This document shows positions 44,252 through 58,259 of a DNA stretch of 64,000 bases, in pieces. The notes below the pieces were generated by a model. It did not search any database. It had not been told where the DNA came from and saw only the letters and a program-made list of their open reading frames with translations. The stretch's first letter is position 1. Each line of letters opens with the position of its first letter. Position numbers and translations under genes: made by a program. Origin of the DNA: the human T2T-CHM13v2.0 reference genome, Homo sapiens; assembly GCF_009914755.1 (NCBI RefSeq), contig NC_060926.1; one strand, 5' to 3'.

Positions 44252-45471
44252 GAGTGTTATTGCACATTTCTTTCTGTGCACATCTGTACACATTTCTGAG
44301 TGGAAGGGCTGGATTAAAAAGGGATTATATATTCAGTGTCAGTTCTCCAACTTGTGGTACCACTTTATATTCCCAAACACAATGTGTGGCCCTTCTAGTT
44401 CCCCCTTTCCGTCACTGTATTTGGCATTGTCCCTTTGAGTCATCCTATTGAAGTTTTAGTGGCAGACAGTTGTGATTTTCATTTGTAGGACTGGGATGAT
44501 TATTGATGTTGGACAGCTTTTTATTGTGTTCACTCTGTTGTGCAGTGTCACCTTTGTCCCTAAAAAGTGTCACTATATGTGTTAGTCATTCTCAGAATAC
44601 TCTCTTCTGTTGCATTAGGCAATTTGTTTGAACTCACATCAGCAGCATGGTTCGAGTATCCAAGTAGTGTAAGTCCTCATTCTTGGGCTTCTTCGGGTTT
44701 ATTGTGGTTATTCAAACTCCTTAACAATGTAATATGATATGTAGAATCAGCTTTTACATTTCCATTTAAAAACGGTTTGAAATTTTGATTTCGATTATCT
44801 TTAATATATCAATCTGTGAAGAATGAACATCTTTACAATACTGGGACTTTCAACCTTTGAAAGTACTGTGGCCTTCCATTTGCTTAGATTTTCTTTGATT
44901 TCTTTGAATTATATTCTGGAGCTGTCAGTATATTTTGTTAGTTTTTTCTAATGCCTCTTGGTTTGGTGCTACTATAAATGATGTGTTTCATAATTTTAAT
45001 TTTAGCAGTTGTTACATTTATATAAAAATAAATATATTTTATATTGATCTTTAATCTAACAATTTGCTATGTATCTCATTAATTCTAATAATTTCTGTGT
45101 AGACAATTAGAAATTTCTCCCCCACACAGTCCTTTCATCAGTGAATTGTTATACCTTTAATTCTGCCTTTCTAATTCTTCTTCTTTATCATTGTCGCTGC
45201 TACTTTATCGCACTGGCCAGGACCTTTAGAGGCGTCCACTCATGTGAGTCTGATCCAATGGCCTTGACCATGAAATTGTGCCTGAACCTGGCTGTACATT
45301 TGGGTCTGAGAAAAAAATCCATGAGTGAAACTATAAATATTATAAGGAATTACTTTTGAGAACCTCAGAATTTCCAATCAAAGCAGAGATGCTAAAACTG
45401 AGCAGCACCACATCAGATGACTAAAAAGGAAGCAGGTAGTATAATCAAATAAACACCTTAGGTCTCCTGGA

Positions 45472-45499
45472 GGTTTTTGTTGCATGTCGAATCAGTATG
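45472..45499 (-). other. Defective 12-RSS of IGKV3-25 (CATACTG-12-ACAAAAACC)
   Basis: Perfect nonamer, mutated heptamer. Confidence 0.85.
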
Positions 45500-45796
45500 G
45501 GACACCAACTACTATGCTGATAACAGTGATGAAGTGCAAATCTCCAGGCTCCAGGCTCCAGGCTGCCGATGGTGAGAGTAAGCCCTGTCCCCGACCCACT
45601 ATCACAAATCAGGGCTGTACCATAGATGAGGAGCCTGGGAACCCGCTCAGGTTTCTTCTGGTACCAGGCTTAGTAGCTGCTAACACTGACTGGCCCTGCA
45701 AGTCAGGGTGGCTTTTTTCTCCAGAGACAAAGACAGGGAAGCTGGAGACTGTGTCATCACTGTTTCTACAGTGAAATCTGAGATTAGAAATAAAAC

Positions 45797-47020
<1,224 letters not shown>

Positions 47021-47244
47021 CAGTTTAAACAGAAAAACAAATAATCACACATGTAATCTAGATTATACCCATTGTCTTTCCAATAGAGTCAAGACCATTG
47101 ATTTACATTGAGCTTTAATTATTGTGCTTGCTGAGCGGAAATGCCAGGTTGAAGGACCCAACAAAGTTGAGAGAGTTTTCACTGACACACAGAACCCCCC
47201 ACGCCCCCCCGCATATTCCCCTCACCTGGGACCCAGAGTAACAT

Positions 47245-47385
47245 AAAGAAATGGTAAATACATGAGCTGATGCACATCCTAAATATCCTGATTTGATCAT
47301 TTTTCAACATATGTACATATCAAGACATCAAAGTGTACTCCATAAATATGTACAATTACAATGTGCCAATAAAAACAAATAAAAT
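47245..47385 (+). mobile_element. Old L1M 3'-end fragment replacing the 5' leader and promoter of IGKV3-25
   Basis: cctgatttgatcatt...ccataaatatgtacaattac...aataaaa. Confidence 0.7.
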
Positions 47386-49056
47386 GCAAAGTTACCTATT
47401 AGTGACATTAGAAAGTAATGGAAGAAATGAGGACTAGGTGATCTAAAATTCTAGAGTAAAAAAACAACTAATTCTAGTTGAGTTGGTGTTCATCTGACAT
47501 TTTGTTTTTCTGCCCTTTTTTTTTTTTTTTTTACCAAATGTGCGTTCGGATAGAAATTTTGATTTGGCACAGACAGAGAAACCCAGCAAGAAGAGAGAAC
47601 ATAACTGAGCTTTGAAGGTTGCACAGGGCAATTTCTGTGCAACCATAGCCAGATTTTTCATGTGGCATTTGCTGAGTTCTGAGTCAGGAGACAGGCTGCG
47701 GGAGCTTGGGTAGGAAGGCAGAAATCTCCAACACTCAGGATGTTTTTTCCTCCAGTGCTGTGCAAATCATCCTTTGTATATGTCTGAACCATGGACATTG
47801 ATCACTATCCCTTTCTGCTGGGCCTTTTGGTTAACACGTCATTGCATGTTCATCTCCACAAACCTGACCACATCATCTCTGCTATAGGGGCAGAATGAGT
47901 TCTAGAAGATCTCTTCATGCTGAGTTGAATGGGATTGAGTCTCTTTGCACGGGAACTTCACTAAACCTTTGATGATTACAAACCTAAACAGCTTTTCTCG
48001 CCATTTTCCCATGAAACTTGCAGTGGCACAGGCTCAACTCAGGAAGCCAGGCAGTGGTCTCTTCAACTCTGTGACTCTTCACAAGAAATACCTCGGGACT
48101 TGATTTTAGGTTTATGTCATCAACTTGCAACACCCACTGGCATCTGAAGTTCACCAAATGTAAGTTAAAATGCAGGAGGATTGTCTAATACGGTAGACAC
48201 AGTAGCTCATATCTACTGTGTTCCTTGTGTGTTCCCATTCCTGAAGTACCCTCGAAGTCTAAAACTGTTATCATTCTCTATTCTTCTAGCAATATATAGG
48301 GTGAATTCTATGCCCTGTATATTCCAGTGTATGCTTTTATTTTTAAAACCCAACTTTTGGAATTTCAAGAATTCCTTTTATGATCTATCAGTAAGAAGTA
48401 ATCAAGGCAAATCAAAGAGTTTTAGCATTTGGATCTTGTATCTGACATTAATTTACAAAAGTCTATTTAGGCACTCAAAAACCAAGATTTTTGCTAATTG
48501 CCCCCAACCAGCTACCCGTATAAATGGGGAGCCACATTTTACAACTAGTGTAAAATGTTGTCTACAGTATCTTTATTACATAGGAAGAGAAGCAATAAGT
48601 AAGGAAAGTAGAAAGCTTGGAAGGTGGAAAATACCAATTTCTAAATATGACCAAATAATTATCCTATTAAAATATACAAAAATGGATGAAATACATACAA
48701 ATGAGGAGGCACTCAGCATGTGTTGCCAACATTTGTATCAATTGCCTGGCACTTATGCTGATTAACTACAATTGAGAAATGTAAGAAAGGAGGATTCGAA
48801 TGAGCTTTTATTCAGTTGCATCATGAATCAGCATCAGCTCCATGGGACCTTCCCCATTCTCCTACTGCTTTTGCCATGTCAAGGCTTTTGCAGCTGCACA
48901 AATGAGTAGTTCCTGAGATGTAACCAAGGAATTCATGAGACCAATCTACTCCTCTGAGTTGTCCAACATTTTCCTCATGCACAGACTCAGAGAACTTGCT
49001 GTGCTGCTCCCCAGACAAACATCACATGTGAGCAGCTGGGCCACTTCAAGCAGAGA

Positions 49057-49084
49057 GGTTTGTGCTCAGGGCTGTAGCACTGTG
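49057..49084 (-). other. 12-RSS of IGKV2-26 (CACAGTG-12-GCACAAACC)
   Basis: Perfect heptamer, two nonamer mismatches. Confidence 0.9.
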
Positions 49085-49838
49085 GGAGGATCTTGTGCAT
49101 CTTGCATGCAGTAATAAACTCCAACATCCTCAGCCTCCACCCGGCTGATTTTCAGTGTGAAATCTGTCCCTGACCCGCTGCCACTGAACCTATCTGGCAC
49201 TCCAGAGAACCGGTTGGAAACTTCATAGATCAGGAGCTGTGGAGACTGGCCTGGCTTTCTGCAGAAACCAATACAAATAGGTGTATCCATCACTATGCAG
49301 GAGGCTCTGACTAGACCTGCAGGACATGGAGGCCTGCTCTCCAGGGGTGATAGACAAGGAGAGTGGAGTCTGGGTCATCACAATCTCTGCACTGGATCCT
49401 AAAATAAATAGAAAGAAGTGGAAGGATATGTACAAATATCATGTGTCATTTATCATAAATTTTCATTTTTTATTTCAGGCTATATAATTTTTTGTTGTTT
49501 GTATTTATACACTAAACATATTCCAAATTTGCAAGCCGCAAAGGGGATTCTAGAAATCACCTACACCACCTCCCTTTCTCTGTGTGACAATCTTCACCAG
49601 ATCACACAGGTCCTTGCTTCTTTTTGAATTGTCCTCACTCTCACAGATTTAAACCTCACATTCCCCATCCTGGAGAACAAGACCTGTACATCTAACACAT
49701 GGGCAGGGCAGAACACACATGGAAGGCAGTGGGACCCCCAGGCTTACCTTCCCACCCCATTCTCCTCCCTCATCTCCTTCTGTCCTTACCAGGGACCCAG
49801 AGCATTAGCAGCCCCAAGAGCTGAGCAGGGAGCCTCAT
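49085..49838 (-). pseudogene. IGKV2-26: Ig kappa V pseudogene, subgroup 2: leader 49838-49790, V exon 49398-49085; +1 frameshift in FR2
   Basis: [44 protein letters not shown], extra A at 49256-49258, TGA at 49225-49223; downstream frame intact to [10 protein letters not shown]. Confidence 0.93.
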
Positions 49839-49938
49839 AGTGAGAAGGTGAACTGAGGAGTCCTGATCAGTCAAGGTAAGGGTTAGAGCTGAGCTTTTAT
49901 CTCAGACCCACAAGGGAAGGTCCTCCCTAGAGGACAAT

Positions 49939-49946
49939 ATGCAAAT
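49939..49946 (-). promoter_or_regulatory. IGKV2-26 promoter octamer
   Basis: ATTTGCAT about 100 bp upstream of the ATG, same context as IGKV2-24. Confidence 0.88.
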
Positions 49947-50684
49947 CCCCCGGTGGGTGCAGTGATGCTAAGCGCAACAACAGGAGGATGAGGGCTTCTC
50001 TTGTGGGCAAGGGGACATAAAATATCCTGCGTGTTTCAAGGAAAACTAACCAAGATAAAATCTGTGTTGCTTCAGTTGGAGAAGAGACATATTATAATAT
50101 TTCCTTTTCTTTCCACCTGTTTTTCAACAGTTCTTTAGCACTTTTCCAGGCACATTTTGCACTTGTCTTTAATAAAGTTGAGTTTCCATAAATATTGGCT
50201 GATTCTTTTTTCTTGCCTCCAATTTTCTTTAAAAGAATCTAGGCTTGGCTTTTCTATTTTTTTTTCATTGAAATAAACCACATATAAAGGGCAGAAATCC
50301 TAAATGTGGAATGAATAAAGTTTTATGTATATTCACTATCCAGCTGAAACTATAGAATGTTTCAAAATTTCTGGATGATTCTCTCGTACACCTTCCCATT
50401 CAATAACTGCCTCCCCATCCCAACCAAAGTAACTGTCTTTCTGACATCTACCACGATAGTTTGTTTGTACTTGGTAGTGAATATCATAGAAATTGAAGTA
50501 AACTTTTTTTTATCATTGTGTCTATTTTTTTCCCAGTTCTTTACTATTTCGAGGCCTTTATTTCTGCTTGTGGATTCAAATTACTGTCCTCTATAATTTC
50601 ATGTGATTCTGAACAATGTTTTCTTAAATTGATTTCAGATAATTTATTGAATGTCTACAAGTAATAATTTCTTTTCATTTGTGT

Positions 50685-51475
50685 TTATCAAGGTAAGGAC
50701 TAAGCTCTGATTTTTTTTTTCCTTGTCTCAGTTCCTATCTAAGGAGTCTGGGGAGTCATGCCCTACAAACTATAAATTCTCATCAGATGGGTTTTATTTA
50801 ACCCTACATATCCCTGGACTTACTTTCCAACCTGACTGTGGTGTAACATTATGCAACAAGGCAGAAAATTAAAATATTTTACCCCAAAACATGTTTCTTT
50901 GCCCTATCTTGAAATGGCCTTGCAAAGCTGTCCTTTGTGGGGAAAAATTTGCATCTGTAAAGAATCTCTATTAACATAGCTAGATCTTTTTCTTCCAGGC
51001 TCTCCCAATCTTAAAGAAGAGTGTAGCACATTTTAAAGATCTGAATAGGAAATATTTGTAATCTATCGTCTCTAAAGGCAGCCACTATATGACTTCAAAA
51101 GAACCTTGGTCTTCCACAGTCTTTTATCTTAACCTGAACATTTATTTTCTATTGATCCCAGGTCTTTAGACAAACTCAACCAATTGTCAACAAGGAAATG
51201 CTAGTTAGAGCCTGGACCCTCCCCCGCTTCCCCACTCCCGATCCTCACCCCTGCTTTGAGTTGTCCCGCCTTTCTGGATCAAACCAATGTATTTCTTAAA
51301 TGTGTTTGATTGACGTCTCATGCCTCTCTAAAATGTATAAAACCAAGCTGCGCCCCAACCACCTTGGGTACATGTTCTCAGGACCTCCTGAGGGTTGTGT
51401 TGGGGGCCACGGTCACTCATTTGGCTCAGAATAAATCTCTTCAAATATTTTAGAGAGTTTGACTCTTTATCGACA
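50685..51475 (+). mobile_element. MER4-family ERV1 solo LTR
   Basis: ggggagtcatgccctacaaactataaattctcatcagatggg; ggctcagaataaatctcttcaaatatttt...gactctttatcgaca. Confidence 0.82.
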
Positions 51476-52120
51476 AAGAAATATGTTTAGTTTGCTTTAT
51501 TGTTAAAGTATACTTTTGCTGTATATAGAATTTTGGGTTGATTTTTTTCTTTCAGCATTTGAGTATGCCATTCCACCGTCTTCTCGTCTCCATTAGAAAT
51601 AATGGACCCTTATTCAGTGTCTACATTATTGTATCTTTGTACATAGTGGTTTTTTTTCTCTTGAAGATTTTCCCTTTGTAACTGTATTTCAGCATTTTAA
51701 TTACAATATGTGTAGTTATGAATCTTTTTTGCTTCCCCTGGATGTGTTTCATCACATTTCTTGGATCTATATAGTAATGTATTTCAATACATTTGAAAAG
51801 ATGTTCCCATTATTTTTCATATACTTTTTCAGCTCCTTTCTCTCTCCCTTCTCCTTTGTGACTCCCATCCACATTTGTTGGTGTTCTTCACACTGACCTA
51901 TACATCTCTGAGGTCTTGCTTGGCTGCTTACATCTTTATTCTTTGGAACAGATTATTTCTATTGGTTGATCTTCAAGTTCACTGATTCTTCTGACACTGT
52001 CAACTATTGTGGTACCTATCTAAATTTTCAATTGAGTTATTCTACTTTTCAGTTTTAAAATTCTCTTTTGGTATTTTTTTGTCTTCATAACTTCCACTGT
52101 TATATTGAAAGTCGCTATTT

Positions 52121-53466
52121 TGAAACCACCTTTGCAAAAATTTTAATAGTAGGAAAATTATGGCAGTAAAAGAGATCTGATCTAACCCACCTCCCCATCT
52201 TGCATTTTCCTTAATTATTCCTGGGCTTTTGGGCAGAGCTAACTTTGGAAGCCATTTAGGTTATAGTTTAAATGATGATATGGGTTACCCAAAACTCAGC
52301 TACCTTTGTAAAGATCATGAAAGGCCATCAAATAGTGGGAAAAGAGGAGCCTGATTCTGCTAAGGTGTGGACTGGTCACCAGATACTCCTGCAGATAACA
52401 CCACTATTGTAGATTGGCCTTTTAAGATATATTTTCAAGTATTGTTGCATATCTGACAGCAATGGCTCCACCTGGACCTGCTAACCCACATCCTGTGGCC
52501 CCACTCAGGAGAGATTCAGCTCCAGAGAACAGCTCTGACATTTTATGACTTCATTTCTGACCCAACCAATCAGCAGCAAGCACCCATTACCTGGCCACCC
52601 CTTCCTCCAAACTGCCTTTGAAAAACCCCTAACTACAGGCCTTCAGGGAGATTGATTTGAGTACTAACTCTGTCTCCCATGTGGTGTGGCCAGCCTCATG
52701 TCTACCAAAACTCTTTATTGCAAATGAAACTGACTTTGCAAAATTATGACTGAGACAGTGAAAGAGGTCTAAATTAACTGACTCCATCTTGCTTCTAACC
52801 TCCAAGTTGTCCTTGTTCATTCCTGGGCATAGGCTGAACTAACTTTGAGAGGAATTTAGTTTAGAGTTTAAAACAAAGACAATAACAGCCTTTTCCCAAA
52901 GCAGATGTTCTTCTTGCCTGGGGACTAGATAGGCTTTGTAGGACTAACATTAGCCACAAGATTAGAAATTATGGTTTATGAGTCATGCAGCTGGAGGCTA
53001 CAAGGTTCTGACCCCCCCTAAACTGCTCCTAAGATCAGTGCTTGAGATATTTTGCAGATCTTGCACTTGATGGATCAGCTGGCACCACCCAGATCAATAA
53101 ACTGCTAATCTGATCTTATGGTCTCCCACCCAGGAACTGACTCAGTGCAAGAAGGCAGCTTTGACTCCCTATGATTTCATCTCTGACCAATCAGCACTCC
53201 TGGCTCACTGGCTCACCCACCACCCACCAAGTTGTCCTTAAAAATTCTGCTCCCTAAATGCTCAGCAAGACTGATTTGAGTAATAATAAAACTCTGGTCT
53301 CTCGCATAGCCAGCCCTGCCTGAATTACTCGTTCTCTGTTGCAATTCCCCTGTCTTGAGAACTCAGCTCTGTCTAGGCAGCAGGCAAGGTGAACACATTG
53401 GGCAGTTACACAATGTCGTGGTCTTCATTTGTGCAGTGGTTAGGAAAAATCCCTCAGCTAGGTACA
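52121..53466 (+). mobile_element. LTR8-related LTR with a second LTR8 (52725-53410) nested inside
   Basis: Two tgaaac...ctttgcaaaa starts; inner element ends gggcagttaca; flanks caaa/caat. Confidence 0.8.
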
Positions 53467-53599
53467 ATGTGTTTAATCATTTTTTTCATATTTTGCATTT
53501 TAAGTATTTGATCATAGAGTGCTGATCGAAAGAAATAAATTTTTTAAACATCTTTAAAATAACTCTATTGAATTCAACATCTCATTTGGTCTTTTACAA

Positions 53600-54058
53600 C
53601 TGCGAGGTGAGCAGCAGGTAAGCAAGCAAAGCTTCCTCTGTCTTTAGAGCCTCTCCCCATTGCTTGCATTACCACCTGAGCTCCACCATCTGTCAGATCA
53701 GCAGCAGCATTAGATTTTCACTGCAGTGCAAACCCTATTTTGAACTGTACATGTGAGGGATCTAGGTTGTGTGCTCCTTATGAGAAACTAATGCCTGATG
53801 ATCTGTCACTGTCTCCCATCACCCCCAGATGGCACCATCTAGTTGCGGGAAAACAAGCCCAGGGCTTCCACTGATTCTACATTATGATGAGTTGTGCAAT
53901 TATTTCATTATATATTACAATGTAATAATAATTGAAATAAAGTGCACAATAAATATGTGCTTGGATAGTCCTGAAACCATCCCCGACTCTTGAGACCCAT
54001 GGAAAAATTGTCTTCCATGAAACCAGTCCCTGGTGCCAAAAAGGTTGGGGACCACTGC
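53600..54058 (+). mobile_element. MER1A-like hAT-Charlie DNA transposon
   Basis: gagggatctaggttg...gaaaccagtccctggtgccaaaaaggttggggaccactg. Confidence 0.82.
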
Positions 54059-56202
54059 TATAGATAATAGAAACCAGGATTGTCATTTCAAGAAACAGAA
54101 ATCACAAATAAGAAAATGAGGAAAAATAGAATGATACTTGTGGAATTGCTCCTTAGGAGCTTATGTTCTTTTCTTACTTATATTTTCATTTGTATATTTT
54201 AATTAGTTTTGAAATAAATTTAGATTTATGCAAAGTTTCAAAAGTAGTAGATTGTTTCAATATACTTCTCCTCTACCTTCTCTTAATATTAAACATCTTA
54301 AATAACCAAAGTGGGATGATATAAAATGAAAAATTAATATTGATACAATAGTATTTACTCCATATTTGGATTCCACTAAATTTTTCACTAAAGATTCTTT
54401 CAAGTTCCAGTATCAAATCCAGGATGACATATTGCACTTAATTTTCTTGTCTCCTTAATCTCCTCCAATCTGTGATCATTGTTTATTCTTTCTTTGTCTT
54501 TCATGACCTTGATGCTTGTAAAATGTACTATCAATGATTTTTAAGATTGCCCTTCTAATTTTCTCTATTAATTAATTCAGATTATATGTTTTTGACAAGA
54601 ATATCACAAAAGAGATGGTCCTTGTCAGCCAGTGCATCATCTTGAGTTGCATAATGTCAACATGTCTTATTACCTGTGATGATGAAGGACTGTGATCAAT
54701 AAAATCCTTTCTGTAAAATGTTTTGGACAAAGGGAGCACACGCAACTGCTTTCACTGCTCTTCCTATTTGGTCATGTCCTCACATTATTAGAAATAATTT
54801 ATTTTTCTCTGAGCCTGCCATTACTTATTTTTTTTTCAGAATTTAGTTATTTTTGAAGTCTGCTAACCAATTAAGAATATTGAAAAAATAATGTTCATTC
54901 TTAAACAGTAAATTTTCAGTGATGCCATTTACCAATGGAATGTTGTTAGCTTGAATAATGGAACAGGGGAATAGGATTATTAAAACATAGAAGTATACAC
55001 CAACAGACAGCTGTTACTAAGCCATGTAATTGGATAAATGAATTGAGTTTTCTACCACTAGGAATGTTATAGAAATCAAATGGAAAGATACTGCAAGCAC
55101 TGAGCTGCTCCTAACTGGAGAGATTGAAATACAATTGCTGCCATATTATATAATTCACACAGTTGAGACACAATATTGGAGAAGATGAAAGTCTAGGGCC
55201 TCAGTTTAAAATATATAGCATTTGTTATGAAGAATATATATTTTTCCAAGTTTTTGCATTTGTCATCTGATGAATCAGTGGGATTATGACTGAGTGTTGC
55301 TAGGGGTATGGAAAGAGGAGCTATTAGAGAAGGGCTACCAGACTTTACTGGATATAATTAGCCTAACTTGGACTTGTGGAGAAGAAGACTTAGAAGAAAA
55401 GCATTTGGTAAAGCCACACATGTTTTAAAAATCAAATACTTGCATCTTGAAAAACTATTTCCAGAGAAAAGCAATGACTTAGCAAAAAAGTTAAATGACA
55501 GTTTAGGTGACCAATTCAGTCTCATACACGTGCAGCTGCTTTGCTCTTTTTGCCTTGCATCCCTGAGGTCTCAGAAGGGCCTAGGCTTGAAAGGACTTGT
55601 TTCCCCAGGAATCAAGCAAGTAAGAAAATAAATTGACAACATACTTAGAGGAGAAGCCTGTCAAACTTCCAGGGGAAAACCTGGGATTAGGGGAAGCCAG
55701 GAAGAGCATGGCTGAGCCAGAAAGGGTGGAGCACATGAATCTCATGGAGATGAGCCATTAGGCAGGAAGTTGAGAATCAGAACAGCTGATTTAGAACAGA
55801 CCAGTACCTCCTTATGGATCTGACACTGTGTATGGTCCAGTGGAATCTGCCATGAGGCTGTGAGTTGAGCAGCAAAGTCAGGGCAAGGCAAACTGTTCTT
55901 GGAGCCATGGACAACAGGAGAGTATTTCTTCAGGGCCAGTGATACAGGGGGCCTGAGAAGAGGGACTCAGGATGGAGCCCTCTGGGAGCTGCCTCAGCAA
56001 TGCTGTCTGGACACTGATCATTTAATGAGAGGGACCCCTGGGCTTAGAGCCACACCACATCTTCCCACCTCCTTCAAGGGCTCCTCACCATTTCTACCTC
56101 ACCCCAATTTCCTTCTTCTCTAAGAGGAGCAGCTGCTCAGACACTGATTCCCTGGAGGAAGCAGATGCTCAGCTGAGCAGAAGGGTTGACCCTGCATGGG
56201 TG

Positions 56203-56589
56203 TGTCACGTGTGTCCATGTAAAGAGAGTCCACCAACAGGCTCTGTGTGAGCAACAAGGCTGTTTATTTCACCTGAGTGCAGGCGGGCTGGTCCGAAAAA
56301 GGAGTCAGCAAAGGGTGGTGGGATTATTATTAGCTCATATAGGTTTGGGATAGGCATACAAAGTACATTCTCAAAGGCGGGGAGAATATTACAAAGTACC
56401 TTTTTAAGGGCAGGGGACACTATATCGTATCAGTTAGGGTGGGGCAGGAAAAAATCACAATGGTGGAATGTCATCAGTTAAGGCTATTTTCACTTATTTT
56501 GTGGATCTTCAGTTGTTTCAGGCCATCTGGATGTATACATGCAGGTCACAGGGGATGTGATGGCTTAGCTTGGGCTCAGAGGCCTGACA
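56203..56589 (-). mobile_element. LTR7-family (HERV-H) solo LTR
   Basis: Minus strand begins TGTCAGGCCTCTGAGCCCAAGCTAAGCCATC and ends ACACGTGACA; 5-bp flanks GGGTG/GGGAG. Confidence 0.88.
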
Positions 56590-56593
56590 GGGA

Positions 56594-57215
56594 GGTGTAT
56601 GTTTAGGGCTGTTCCACTGTATAGGGTCCCAGTGAGTGCGCTGCTCACAGAAGTAATATGCAACGTCTCCTGGCTCCACATTGGTGATTGTGAGTGTGAA
56701 CTTCCTCCCAGACCCACTGCCACTGACGTGGGCTGGGACCCAGGAGCCCTGTTTGTCACCATATAGATCAGTGGTTGAGGAGATTGGTGTGGCTTCTGTT
56801 GGAACCCGTTCAAGTAGATGTCTCCATTCCTATGGATGAGATTGCGACTGGCCTTGCAGGAGACGGAGACCCTGTCTCCCACGGCCACAGACAGGAGGGA
56901 TGGGGGCTGAGTCAGCACAGTAGCCTGATGGGAAAGGGTGGAAAAACAATTGATCAGTCTGAATGCAAGTCAAAAACAATGGTTGTGAATGAAAAAAAAG
57001 ATACATCATATCTAGGTGTTCTTCAGGTTTTTAAGCCTCTGCCATCTGAATGAAAGGCTGAAATAAAAACTTTGGCCATTGATCTTCACTGTCTCACCCA
57101 CTGGATAAGAGTGGCCACCACTGTTCTCATCCTGAAAATTACATATATGTACAAAGAATCCTGTACCATGAATGCAGAGCACCAGGGGCAAGAGGATCCA
57201 TCCCAACAAGACCAT
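56594..57215 (-). pseudogene. Divergent V-kappa relic: leader 57215-57167, V exon ~56924-56622, RSS TACAGTG-12-ACATACACC
   Basis: Leader MVLLGWILLPLVLCIH+G|gt; [61 protein letters not shown](1-nt deletion)[39 protein letters not shown]; octamer-like ATGCAAAA at 57329-57336. Confidence 0.88.
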
Positions 57216-58206
57216 CCTGGGCAGGGGAATCTTCTGGAAGTCTGTTTTCAGCCTAGATGAGCAGAATCAGATAACAGGTTCACTTTCACACCTTAGATGG
57301 AGCGGTCAAATAGCCCATGTATGTTTCTATGCAAAAGACCTTGAGTGCTAGGCATTCATCTCTGAACCTCAGTCAAAGCTTCCTATGAGAGAGAATGCCT
57401 CACTGCGGCTCCCAGGCCGGCTGTATTCAGATGCCTGGGCATGGTCCAACCATGGGCTCAGGTTGAGCAGAATCATGACTTAACGATAAATATCCCAGGG
57501 GTCAGCTGACCTTCTGAAGTGTCAAACATGATATTAAAGGATCGATATGGGAAAGGAAAAATGTCACTAGGATGTGATTTTTCATTTAGTTCAGAGAGCT
57601 ATTTCTTCTGCTCATTTTTCTTTCCTGAATGGAGTCATAGATATAAATCTAACCAAATATACAATTTTCATTGTCCTCTTAATCATTGGCAAACTATATC
57701 TACACTTCTGGAGCATCCGGGAAGCTAGCCCATACCAGTGCTATCTTTGGAGCCAGGTGGTAACTGTGGATGTGAGCAAATGACAGTTAGATCTACAAGT
57801 CTCCAAGACCATGACCACTGGCCTGGGAGGACCTGCAGGGTTTGCATGTCCTCACACCTGGATGAAGAACATCTTGATCCTTGTCCTTTTGATGCCCTTC
57901 AATTACTAGGCCACACTCCAAAAAACCTAGTCCTCACTCCTCTCCTTTGCTAGACAGACCCTCTCACTCACAGCTCTTCCTCATGGACATTTCCTGTGAA
58001 TCATTTCTCCAGGCTTACACACACTCTGCATGTCACAGTATGTGACAGAGGGAACTGATGTTTAAACAATTACCCATTGATTAGGTTGTTCTGAGTCCTA
58101 AGTTTAATTGTCCTTCTACAATAGAGTCAGCTAGAAAAATAAGAAACGCGAAGAGGTGTAAAATTATTAGTGCGTGAAAATGGTAAGCTATGAACTGGGA
58201 TCATGA

Positions 58207-58213
58207 AGTAATA

Positions 58214-58258
<45 letters not shown>
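58207..58258. repeat. (TAA)n microsatellite
   Basis: Directly visible. Confidence 0.95.

Positions 58259-58259
<1 letters not shown>

Noticed and set aside
48181-48765. 194-aa ORF
   Set aside because: No ATG start or recognisable domain; the paralogous block at 28.4-28.9 kb has no matching ORF
57400-57830. Possible extra V relic (TGT AGA TCT...TGG CTC CAA; CGCAGTG near 57401)
   Set aside because: Only scattered short motifs, no acceptor, YYC or nonamer; could not be separated from chance
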